Positions 35,775-47,319 of a stretch of 64,000 nucleotides of DNA are shown piece by piece. The position numbers and the translations under genes were made by a program. The DNA lies in assembly GCA_045837725.1 (NCBI GenBank), contig JBEWZL010000227.1:248001-312000 (forward strand). Direction: 5' to 3'. The notes beneath the pieces were generated by a model that saw nothing but the letters and a program-made list of their open reading frames with translations, did no database searches and was not told the DNA's origin. Each line of letters opens with the position of its first letter. The first letter of the stretch is position 1. Origin of the DNA: Vermamoeba vermiformis. Taxonomy: Eukaryota.

Positions 35775-38230
35775 CTATATCTTATTGCCATTCATCTCTT
35801 CTTGCGTTGGGCCGTCAGATCTGGTCAAAACAACTTCAGGCACGACATCCGTATTTCTGCTCTCGATCAACTGCTTGTGTTGAATGAATCTCGGACACTG
35901 AACTTGCTCTTGACGAGTCCACAGTGGTCCTTCATCACCAATAGAGTCACGCTCAATAGGACCGTACTTGCGCAACAAAAATTTGTACGGATGTACCTCG
36001 CTGCACGCAATGTTGCACATAATATCGAATTCGTGATTAACGCTTGGCTCCATTGGTCCAAGGCGAGTGAAAAAGTACATCTCGGTATATGCAGCCCTAT
36101 TATTAGAAATTATTGTTAGTTCGATCTCGATCGCAGATTTAAATCCTATTTCTTACTTGAATAATTTTTCGTCCATAAATGCTTTTCCGCGTTTCCAAAG
36201 AGTTTTTCCGTGTTGCCATTGAATAGCTTGCGTTTTAGTGGCGTATTTAATAATCATTTTGTTGTAGTAGCCAGACTTCTCGGGGTCATCAGCGAACTTC
36301 GTCTTCAATCGCGAATAACATTCGCTCATATTACTAAATAAGGCAACTCTAGTTTCTGTATCTATGATTGGGCAAATTTTAACACCTTCTTCGTAATTCT
36401 TCAACGCAGCTTCAACATCTGATCCGATCAGCTTGTTGCCGCTGTTCTTGAGATCTTTTGCCTTATTTGACAATTGCATTAATTCGGCTTGTGTCATTTT
36501 AGCCTCTTTTGCGTATTTTTCCGCAACTTCTCGTGCTGCAGCTAACATTTTAAACGGTCGTGTTTCGCCGTTTAAATTTTTGACTAATTCTTCCCAGATC
36601 TTGTATCGCAGGAATTCTTTTCCTTCCTATAATCGATTATATTAATACTACATATGACTTATATTGTATTCGACGTACTGCTCGACGATCCCAAAAAGTT
36701 TCAAATTCGACCAGATCTTGCAACATCTCGCCAAAAATCTCGTCAGCCTTTTCACGCGTCTCTTCATCTTTATATAAATTGACTACGACTTCAATAGCAG
36801 AATGTTGCACCATCATGCCAGTGAGTGCTGTGTGTCTTAACATCTCGCATATTTTTAGTTCATTAATAATTGCTTTTCTTCCAATTTTGGTATGCGACAA
36901 ATAACTCAAACACGACAACGCGTCCATAAAACTAATATATATATAATAAGTATATAGGCCTCATATGTCAATGTTGGGTAGTACTTACGTCCTATTCACT
37001 TGTTCGTTATCGCCAAAGTGAAACAAAGTCAAATCAATTTCAACGAGTTCATAGAACAATTTGAAATTTGCATGTTTGCAAATGATATTTGCAGCCTATA
37101 AAAAAACAACAATATATACCACCGTTATAATTTTCAGACTTTGACGGATCCAATAACGTACCTCTTCGGTGTTTTTAATAGCAGCATCGTTCAAGACATG
37201 CACTAACCAACATCGCGTATTGTCCATCCATTGCATGGCCATGCAGCTCTGCCAATCAGCGCCGCCGTGAAATCCATCGGTGAGCAGTTCTGATTGGTAG
37301 AACAATCTGAAACAAATCAGAATATAAATACATAATAGTGTTATATGTTAATATGGTGGTAAGGTTGGGTACGTACCGCTCATCAGGGAACTTAATGTAT
37401 TCTCTGTAAACCACGTCGAAGATCTCAAAAGCGACATCCATGCACGTTTCAATCAACTCCTTCGAAAATTCGACTATATACAATATTAATTAATATATTA
37501 GCAATAATTGATTGTTATCGCGTTATTTTTTGAGACTTACAGCGTAAGAAGTAAAGTACGCGGGCAGCAGCAAATCTTTCAAACCAAGTTAATGCGCCAC
37601 GAATAAGCTTGATCAATAAAGGCATAGCACCTTAAATATAAAACGATATTTAATATATAGATAATAATAAAGTTTTTGTGAGAATAAAGGTAGAATTTGT
37701 TTGGATCTTGATCCTTACCAGCATCGTAAATTCTGTCGTGCCATTCTTTTACTTTTGCAAGGTTGCTTAATATCATAATCGAAATGAATATAATATTATT
37801 ATGCTCTCTAATCCACACACGATCGTCTAGGGCCTTATTGGCAAGGTCGATCAGCATCTTGATCAAATCCGCATTGACCAAATCTTGCGCGTATGATTTG
37901 ACTTGCGGAGGTTTAATACTTTCTCTTGTTAATGTGGACCATATGGAAAGTAAAGGAAATCCAGACTCTGATGATGAAAGAATTAATCATCGTATTCAAA
38001 ATTAAGTTTGATTATTAAGTAGATTAAATAAAAATTATATTTAATCAATTAAGACCTATTAACACGATCGTCACCGTACCTCTCTCATCTCTACCGTTGC
38101 TAAGAATATTATTAAATAATTTTTTGAGCTCAACAACACGTTGATCTGCAGTTGATTCTTTCAATGCGCAGTCTAGACAGTACTTGCTGTGCACGACCGG
38201 ATTTTTGCCGCACTTGAAAGATTGTGCCAT
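35775..38230 (-). CDS. Multi-exon helical-repeat (ARM-like + TPR) protein
   Basis: TPR-like exon AKDLKNSGNKLI..AALKNYEEGV..VALFSNMSECY..KTLWKRGKA; chain of GT-AG exons starting MAQSFKCGKNP. Confidence 0.65.
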
Positions 38231-38535
38231 GGGGCTAGCTGACTTTTGTTGCTTCGTGTTACTGACTTGCAAAAAAAATTATGACTTGTTCGCACGTAGT
38301 ATTTTTCTTTTACAATCCCAATCACTAAAGATAACAAACAATCATCAATATATTATAATAATATATTATTATTATAATCTCCTTAGCGTTATTATTTGTC
38401 TTCTTGCACTACCGTAAAACGTTCGTAAACCACCTCTTCGTTCTTCCGAACCAAATTTGCACAACTGAATTGCTTATTTTGAAGGTAAGAATAAATATAC
38501 AGCACTGCAAGCCATTAAACAAATAATGACAAGTT

Positions 38536-39202
38536 TTATTTCGATTGACTCTTTTTGGTGGCAAGTTGATCTTCAGCCTCGAGTCGAATTTTGATTAGAT
38601 GTTGTACAAATGGATGTTCTTTTTCATATTTCGTCTTATATAGTTCTTCTACGCGTCCTTTTAATATAAATTCGTTTGTTAAAGCCAATCCTCGCAGGTA
38701 AGGATCCGATGCGAAAACGGATTTAAGTGGCGCTGAGTTGCGGTAGGTATAAAATACATTATTTACAAGATACTCGAAGGTTATATGTGGTAGTGTATAT
38801 TCTTGACTGCTATTGTTAACTACGGCCAAATATTTAATTAATTTTGCTTTCGTCGGATCTGGGGAAGTTTCTTCAAAATAATGAACTGTTAATCGTGATT
38901 CAGTGCCAAAATTCTCTAACGTCCATATTTTCTTCTTTAAATATAGCATCGATAGCCGAAAATTGGCTTTGCTTTCATCTTTGGAACCTGCCTAAAAAAT
39001 TAAAAAAATTAGATAAATATACAGAACGTTCGCACGTGAATATTTCATAGTTTAAACAACACTATATTATTAAAATAATAATATCTAATTTTTTGGCGCT
39101 TACTGGAGATTTTGTAATCAGATCGAAGCTAAATTTGTTTACAAAACATGGCGCGAACTTTCTTTGTAACGCCTCTACTGATTTAAGTGCATAAACTAGC
39201 AT
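38536..39202 (-). CDS. Hypothetical protein (2 exons)
   Basis: MLVYALKSVEALQRKF..TKSP|gtaag spliced in frame to AGSKDESKANFRLSMLYLKKK.., the 137-aa ORF. Confidence 0.5.
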
Positions 39203-39437
39203 AATTAATCATAGCCAGTAAAAAAAATATTTATGGCAGATCCTTTGTGGTACTTTGTCAAGCGTTACAAAAAAAGACTGCTTGGTAAACCATTGGACTT
39301 GAGTTCACATTATTCAAAATCGAATAGAGAATGCTTCGTATTTATTATAGACTATCTAGTGATTAGTATATACAACAAAAATGAATTCGTACACCGCGAG
39401 ATTTGCCATGGACCCAGATCTCCTATGCCTTTGGACC

Positions 39438-42400
39438 CTATTTCTGCGAATGAGTTGTACCAGTATTGTTCTCACTCGAGTTGGTCATAGCAATTGAAGG
39501 ATTAGTAGTCATTGTAGTATCGCCACTGTCGTAACGACGGATGTGCTGGATCTTGGAGTAGTACATGGTCGACAAGCTGACGAGACAAGCCAATATGATA
39601 CCAACACTACGCAAGCCAAACAATAGCTCTCGATCGATTTGACCTGATGCTTGGATAATCGCCACAATAATCGAAAAGATGAGCGTGTTGTAGATCGCGA
39701 ATCCGATGATCTTGGACTCGTCGTAGACCTTCAATGGAACTCGACGCACTTGAATAGCCAAGACACTGCCCCAAATGAGCAAAGCTTAATAATAACCGAT
39801 CAGTAAACTATGAAGATGCAACATAAAAAAGTTTGCGGATTTGGATGTGGTCAGATCCGCAACATTCTGACGTAAGGTGAAATTAAAGTACGTATTATAC
39901 ATACCAAAATTGATACCGCACATGAGGGCGATCATAACGTAATGAGCAGTGCTGACACTGCAGTCAGGAATGTCGAGACTTGCGCGCCAAGGATCCTGGG
40001 GCTCAAAAACGACAGTAGGAGTCGCAATGGCAGTCCATAAGACCAACAATATGAGTTGAGGAGCTAAGGCTACGAGTACAACTAAAAACACTTGGACGTC
40101 TGTCACACGTAAGTTCTTGTTGAGCGGATCTGCCGTCCATAAAAAGTAAATTCGCCATGTCTTTGCGAACAACGCTCCAAACATCAATACGAAGCCTAAA
40201 ATAACATATTATATTAGTATTATGCATATTTTGGTTCAGTAAATCTCAACAGCTTCAAGATCCGGTTGACACGTGTCAAAGATGTCAAACGCACTCGTGT
40301 GCAGTTCTCTAACGCGTAGATCTTGTTATAATAGTGTACTTACCGATATTGAGGAACCATACGCGCAATACACAAGTCGCTACAGAAACGTAAGTCAAGT
40401 TCCAAACGTAGATCGTGGCAAAGGCCAGCAAAGCACCAGCAACCATAATGACCAAGAAAGACGGCGATGAAGAGCGAATAATTTTGTGGCGCCAATGAGC
40501 TGCGGTGTAAATAGCCCAAGCAATACTGAGTGCCATAGCTGCAGCTGTCAAAGCGAAAATAACGGATTCGATGATTGTGATCTGAGGCGCAAACACTCGT
40601 TCTTCCCACGTAGGCATAGGATAGACCATATCGAATTGTTGCAAAGATCTCGGACCAATCAACGCCTTAATATAGCAATGGTTAATTTAAATTAGCCAAC
40701 AAAAAAAAGAATTCAAAACGAAAGCCAAAATTTAAATTTAACAGTGACGCGCTCCGAAAATTGCATGTAAACGATTGAGATTAACGTTCAATAGTGCTTA
40801 CCAAGCTATTGAGACCGCTGTCATCATTAATAGGCTGCGCTTGAATAAGTAGAGGTTCGCGAGCTTGAGATCTAGAAATCAATGTTAGCCAGGACTAACT
40901 TCGTAACTACCCGCTTGTTAACTTAAAGATATAAAGTCACTGATAAATCTGAATTGCTTAAAAAAGAAATACTTTTTTGAAATTAGATCCAACATACAAA
41001 CGCTTCAAACAGCGTCAATCATGCTGATAATCGTTAAATAGATAATAAAACGCTCTTTTTAGCGAGAGTAAACGAAAAAATCAACATCTCTATCGACTTT
41101 CCATTTTAGGAAATTGAAAATTGATCTGAAAATTTTATATCGATCTTACCGATCAGCAGCCCAATTAATCTTGCCAAAGAAGCTCTGGAATGGATATCTA
41201 AGCATGGCAGTGAATACCTTCTCTTCATCGGTCGAGTTTGAGTTGATCATGCCTTCATAAAGCGCCATAACCGCAACGGCGCCATAAGCCTCGCTTTCGC
41301 CGGGAACAGTGCCATAAAGGTTAAAAAACTCGTCTCTGAAGTTGCTCCAACTGCCGAAAATACGATCTGGCGGGATCTCCGCGTCATCCACAATTGTCGT
41401 TGTAGATGTGACAAAGTCCATTACTTCGGTAGCATTAGTGGTGCCAAATGTCGGAAAGTCAGTTTGGGTAGCAGAAGCAATAATGACAGCACCAGGAGTC
41501 CAATTCAAATCTTTAAAAGCTGTCATCAGGTGAACTGCGCTTGTAACTAAAAATACATCCGTTAATAAATCAGAGTATATCGAATACTTCTGTTAGAATA
41601 CTAACTACGATGATAATAGTAAGCATTTAATTAATTGCTAGCGGGTAAATGACGATTGAGTAAGTCATTTTACGCACTAACTGTCCGTTTGAAATGACTC
41701 ACAAAATTTACTTGAAATCGATACGCATGCGTTTAATATATTAAATTTAAAGACTACCTACCGGTTTCGCAATAGAAGATTGCATCAGGATTCATATCTT
41801 TGACGATCTGCGCAACCGCGGTGAGATTCTGGATCATGGCTTCGGAAATTACTCCGCCACTAAAGGGACTCGCTTCAATATGCAACTGGTCTAATATTTC
41901 AATACCAGCATCAGGTGCATTATCCACGATTCCTTGAGTGTACAATTTTTTGTCCAATCCGTTTGACAACAAGACGACAGCGGATTTAGCTTTTTTAACG
42001 CGCAGTTCCAATAGAGCGACTTTCAATACGTTAACATTAGCTGTTACGATTGAGATCGCACGTTGCGTAGTGAAATAAAAATCTTGGATGGATGTAGCTG
42101 TTCCAAGGATCCACCTGTTTCATCGATAGGACGTTAGATTAATGCTTGTATTACTATACTTAGCGTTTTTAAGACTATTTTAAGTGAGTTTAATATTTTT
42201 TACGCACCTCGATGCTGCTTCTGTGATCTTCAGCGCAATGACACTGTAGTCAGATAATACAGGCCCCAAGATAAAATTAACGTTGCTGTCATTGACGAGC
42301 TGTCTATAGTTGGCAGCTAGTATAGTCGTGTTGGCTTTATCGTCCAAAATGCCCAATGTCAACTGAACTGTCCTGTTGCCAAGTTGGATGCGGCCGTTAT

Positions 42401-42617
42401 GGTACTCGTTGATTTTCTTTACTGCGAATTCGTAGCCTCGCTTTAATTTGCCGCCATAGACCACTCTGAAGAACTCTTTTCCGTTGTTAGGTGAAACACC
42501 GCTCAACGACAGACTTCCTCCGATGACAACGGGCTCGGGATCCGCTTGTGCTACTATCAGAGGCAAAACACAAGCTAATAGGAGACATATTAATAAGGTC
42601 CACTGTGTTCGTTCCAT
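39438..42617 (-). CDS. Class C (GABA-B-like) GPCR with periplasmic-binding-protein-type ectodomain
   Basis: Signal peptide; VVIGGSLSLSG..GYEFAVKKIN..LDDKA..NFILGP (ligand-binding fold); 7TM motifs IIRSSSPSFL, MFGALFAKTWRIY, DESKIIGFAIYN. Confidence 0.88.
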
Positions 42618-43246
42618 CTTTTAATTTTAAATTTTGAGACAACTTGCGCGATTGTGCGTAAAAGTATTTTTATCGACGGAAAAACTCGTTTAGAAAATTC
42701 GCCCCGAAAACGCAACGCGGAGGTGAATTATCTCAGCTGAAATGCTAATTCCGCATCACTGAATCTGCTGCAGTATAGTATTATCTATTGGCGTATCTAA
42801 AAATCTGAAAGAATTGCAAACTTTTCTGGCATGATTCTGTCGACGGAACAAATTTCTGCAAATTCCGAGTTAAAGATTCACTTAGGCATCTATTAACACC
42901 TTTCGATCGGCATATCTCAAATTCGTTTGCAAAAGTACCCGGACTCGTAGTCCGAGCTGCAATTCACAGTTGTCAAATTTTTCAGGCGTGAACCTTCTTA
43001 AATCTTGCGCTGCGGAGGTTACCATTTAAAAGAATATTGTGCTTTTTAGGACAATAGTAGTGTCATACTATTGAATTTAGCGATATATATGAGGATCCTT
43101 GTGAGACCTTTTACGGATCTCCAGCCTAAGTTTTAGATATTTGTTCTTTCAGTTTTTAACTTTACGAATTCCTCGGGCTTTGCGCATAAAATTTAATTAT
43201 GGAACCTATAAATATTACGGTAATAAAAATTATTTGTTTCGAAAAG

Positions 43247-43253
43247 TATAAAA
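43247..43253 (+). promoter_or_regulatory. Candidate TATA box
   Basis: TATAAAA about 55 nt upstream of the 43309 ATG. Confidence 0.4.
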
Positions 43254-43308
43254 GACATTCTCCGCTGCTTCGTCATTTCAATTAACTCAATCGACTCAAA
43301 TACCACAA

Positions 43309-44952
43309 ATGACCCGCTCTAGTGTCATTCGCTCTTTAGCCCTCTTGGCTATGATTGTCTTTGCCCACGCTGGACAATTGACTACGAACACCGTGATCTA
43401 CACCGGTGATGCACTTGCCATCCAAGGCAGTACCAGAATCTTTGGCTCAGTAAGAGGAAATGCAGATCTTACCGTGGATACCGGTTCTTCAGTCTACGAC
43501 GCTACTATCGCTGGCAATGTTGTTGTGGATCGCGGCAGCAACGCTGGTAACATTGTGGCATCCGGAACTGTCTCTTTGCTTCGCGGATCGACTGCCGCAT
43601 CTGTCTCCGAGCAAAGCACTGTCGCTGGTACTAGTCTTCATGGCATCTCAACTCTTCAACAGGGCTCTACCTCGGCTTTTTCCGGTGTGATTAGCCCTGG
43701 TTGCTATGACAGCTTGTCAGTAAATCATGGTCAAACTGTCACTTTGACTGCTGGAACTTACTCATTTACTGATGTCTCCGTCGGTAATGGCGCCAACATC
43801 AACGTGCAAGCCTCGTCTTCTCTCGCTGTTGTCGTCACTGTCGCCGGAAATTTCGTTGCTGGTCACGGATTCCGTATGAACGGAGACTCGTCCAGAACTG
43901 CCTTTTTAGTCAACGGCAGCGTTAATGTTGGCAATGGTGCTCTTCTCAACGCTAACTTCTTCGTTCCCAACGGTGACTTCTATGTTGGCTACGGCAGCAA
44001 TGTCAATGGTGGTGTCTACGCGAAGAACGTTGAACTTACCAATGGTGACAGCGTCGTTGGCAACACTTACACTGGCTACACTAGCCCTGCTCCTGCCTAC
44101 ACAACTGCTTCTGTTCGCCGCAACATCACGCACGTGACTGGTCTTGTGCCCGTGTCTTACTACTTCCCAGCCAACGCTGCCGCCGACCAAAAGTTCCCCT
44201 TGTTTATTTTCCTTCAAGGAGGCAACACTGCCGGCACTCTCTACTCGTCATATGCTACCCTCGTTGCTTCTTACGGCTACGTCGTCGCTGTTCCGGACTA
44301 CTTCCGCAGTGTTGGAGGTCCCGCTAACTACTTCACTTCGATCGCTTTGGTCAACTCTGTTGAAGACGACGTCCGTTCTGTTGGTGGTGTTCCTGCTGAC
44401 CCCGACACTGTCGTTGCTGGTGGCCACTCATTGGGTGGTGCTCTTGCCATTGCTGCTCTCGGATCGACTTGCGATCCCACATCCGTCGTTTGCCAAGGTT
44501 ACGTTCGTCGCGATACCTTGAAGGGCGCTGTCGTGTTTGCTACTAACAACCGCAACATGAGCAACACTGCTTTCGATCAGTTCTTGAACACTAACGCTGA
44601 TGGCCGTTTCGTCACTTACTTGCAAGGTGCCATCGATGGTCGTGCTTTCCCTTCGCGCGCACAAGGCACTTTTGACAACACTATCAACACTGATAAGCGC
44701 TCTCTTATCTTCTACAGCGGCATGAACCACTACGGCATCACTAACACCGCTACTCCTGTTGGCGCCACTCCCGATCCGAATCTCGAGACCGGAGACCATG
44801 CTGAAGGCTTGGCTCTTTTGGCTCGTGATACTCACTTTTCTATTGATGGATTCTTGAACGGCAACAAGGCCGCCATCCAGTTCCACTTGGTTGGCTATCG
44901 TGATAGCACTCGCTACTCAAGAAACATTCAAATTGAACATCCCTGCAATTAA
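43309..44952 (+). CDS. Intronless secreted protein: beta-solenoid-like N-domain + chlorophyllase/dienelactone-hydrolase-like alpha/beta hydrolase
   Basis: Signal peptide; Gly/Asn/Val-rich repeats (LTAGTYSFTDVSVGNGA; VNGSVNVGNGA..VPNGDFYVGYGSNVNGGVYAKNV); PLFIFLQG, ASYGYVVAVPD, GGHSLGG nucleophile, QGAIDG, GMNHYGITN. Confidence 0.85.
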   Translation: MTRSSVIRSLALLAMIVFAHAGQLTTNTVIYTGDALAIQGSTRIFGSVRGNADLTVDTGSSVYDATIAGNVVVDRGSNAGNIVASGTVSLLRGSTAASVSEQSTVAGTSLHGISTLQQGSTSAFSGVISPGCYDSLSVNHGQTVTLTAGTYSFTDVSVGNGANINVQASSSLAVVVTVAGNFVAGHGFRMNGDSSRTAFLVNGSVNVGNGALLNANFFVPNGDFYVGYGSNVNGGVYAKNVELTNGDSVVGNTYTGYTSPAPAYTTASVRRNITHVTGLVPVSYYFPANAAADQKFPLFIFLQGGNTAGTLYSSYATLVASYGYVVAVPDYFRSVGGPANYFTSIALVNSVEDDVRSVGGVPADPDTVVAGGHSLGGALAIAALGSTCDPTSVVCQGYVRRDTLKGAVVFATNNRNMSNTAFDQFLNTNADGRFVTYLQGAIDGRAFPSRAQGTFDNTINTDKRSLIFYSGMNHYGITNTATPVGATPDPNLETGDHAEGLALLARDTHFSIDGFLNGNKAAIQFHLVGYRDSTRYSRNIQIEHPCN

Positions 44953-45233
44953 ATCGTAAATATTTGTAATTCTATAATTATGTATTTTATTCGGACGAAA
45001 ATCGTCCGGAAAGATAAAATAAAATCAAATCCATTTCTAAAAATCGGAAAAATTGTCCTTTACTTTACGTAGCGTAAATACTCTATTAATATGAAAATAA
45101 TACCGAATATTTGTAAAATAATAATATACTTACAGGCGTCGCGTTGGCCAGCAATGATCCCGCCTTTTGTGCATTTCATTTTCAAATGTTGAACAAATGG
45201 TCGATTACAGAAAAAATGGTTGGGCCCACTGGT

Positions 45234-47034
45234 TTATTGTTTACAGTAAAGCGGCTTTCGCACCCAACCATGTTCTACCGCGTACTTGAAGCTCACGGAA
45301 CCACGATCAATTCGGTCCACTTTATTCCATTGACCTAAATAGCGCAATGTTTAGAATCTAATCGTTCATTATTTACATTCTAATGACTTACAGCCAATGC
45401 GCACCAAGTAGGCAATGTTCCACAGTCTGTCTGCCTTAGCGGCAATGGCAAGATGTTCTGACGTCCATTGAGCACCCTGTTGCGACAAAAAATGAAGGAT
45501 TTCAGGTGTCGAGTATCTTGCCGCGCAATTCAAGCATTGATTCATGTCAAAGTCTTCTTGACGCGGAATTTTCTCCCACACGAGTCGCACCACTTCAATA
45601 TTTTGCGACACTATGGCACTTTGAATAATGTCTTGATTCATGGAACCAGGCACTGGGGGAACCGGGACTCTGGTGTGCAGGCGATTGTATGCCTCGTTAA
45701 TTTCTTTATGGGATTTGTTGGGGAGATTTCGCTCAAAAGCGAGCTTCAGGCCATCAAGACATCCATAGCTGGCAAAAATAAAGTACGGATTGACGATTTC
45801 CAACGATATTTTTGCACTGAGTAGTTTGAACGATTGTACTGACTTCAAGGCATAATTGAGGTTGAACGTGCATGTCAAAATGTCTTTTGGATCCGTGTAA
45901 AGAGGGAAGTTGTTGTCAAACAAGAAGCGAAGGATCTCCATATTTTGCAATCGTAGCTGTTCATTCCAAATTTGCCTGTTCTGACGAACCGCGTCCAATC
46001 CGTACTGTTGAATAATATAATTGAGGCAGTCTAACGTCTTCATATCCATCGAAACTTCTGACAAATCGAGCGGTGAGTTCTCCATTGCGTAGACTAGGCA
46101 CTCTAAATGTCCGCTTTGAGAGGCTTCATTTGCACTTTTGTTGAGCGGTGCACCGTGTTGATGCGCGTACTTCAACATTTTTATATTGCCGAGTCTTGCA
46201 GCCTCTTCGCATATGTTTCTATTCGTAGATTTAAATTGCCCAGGCCTTTTAGGCGTGCCTTTCCAATTGAATCCATGCTGAATGGCGAAGTCCAAGCACT
46301 CGATTGACGGTGTGTAATTAATCACGCGTTGAGTGCAACCATTCTCCATCGCATATTTCATGCACGACGAGTGACCATGATACGCCATACTTTCCATCAC
46401 TGTTTTGGTTTGAAGTGCGCATTTGTGGTTTTTGTAAGGATAATTATCGTCCCAATTTTCCTCGTCATCCATGTCAGCTTGGTCCCAATCGACGCCACAT
46501 TCGCGCAAGTATTTTATCATCTCCAAGGAGCAAGTGCCTTGCGTGCATTCCAATAGAGCCGTGTCGACGTTGATTGTTTGGCCGTTTTGAACGAGATGTG
46601 CCAGCAGATCGGTTTGGCCGAACATTGCTGCAAGCGATGTTAATGACCTCGACCACTCGAAGTGTAGAGCTTCTTTAACATAGTCTAAGCACGATATGAA
46701 GCCATTCTCGACAAGATATTCGACGCACTCGTATTGATCCAGAACGAAATAACTTGGGAACGGTCGGTACTCTCCGCAGAGCTTGTAAAGCGCAGAATTT
46801 GTTGCTCGTACGAATATTATGTCGTAAAACTGCAGATGATTGAGTATAATGCCCCAGATCTCTTTTGGCAGAACGGATGTCACTTGAAATTCGAAAATTA
46901 GATTTATTAATTCATGTTGAATAAAATACTGTATATTTTTGAAGAACGGTACCCATGGAGTACGTACAAATGAATATTAATTGAAAATATTATTTATTTT
47001 AATTTGCCGCCTCTTGGTGAGGGCTTACCTCCAT
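45234..47034 (-). CDS. F-box-like + ankyrin-repeat protein (paralog of 33970-35715)
   Basis: SVLPKEIWGIILNHLQFYDIIFVRATNS; shares CMKYAMENG.TQ.VINYTPSIECLDFAIQHGF.WKG with the 34 kb copy. Termini approximate. Confidence 0.8.
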
Positions 47035-47319
47035 AAAAGTTTGAGTTTGCGGTTTCGTTTGCGTTAATAGGTAATAATTGACGTTCTAAGGAGCCTCCGT
47101 TCATGCTGCATGAAAATCGGACTTGTGGTGCACCGTTGTCAGGCTAAATCTAATTCGGAACAATCCGGGTAATTGATTAAAACACCCTTTGCCATAACAA
47201 ATGCTGTGCTTTAATTGAAGGTTGTATCGTCTCAATGCTGGACGAGACACAAAGAAGACAAGGGCGAAAAATAATTACATTTTTTTCATCGAACTTCAGT
47301 ATCCTTTTAGCTCGCAAAA

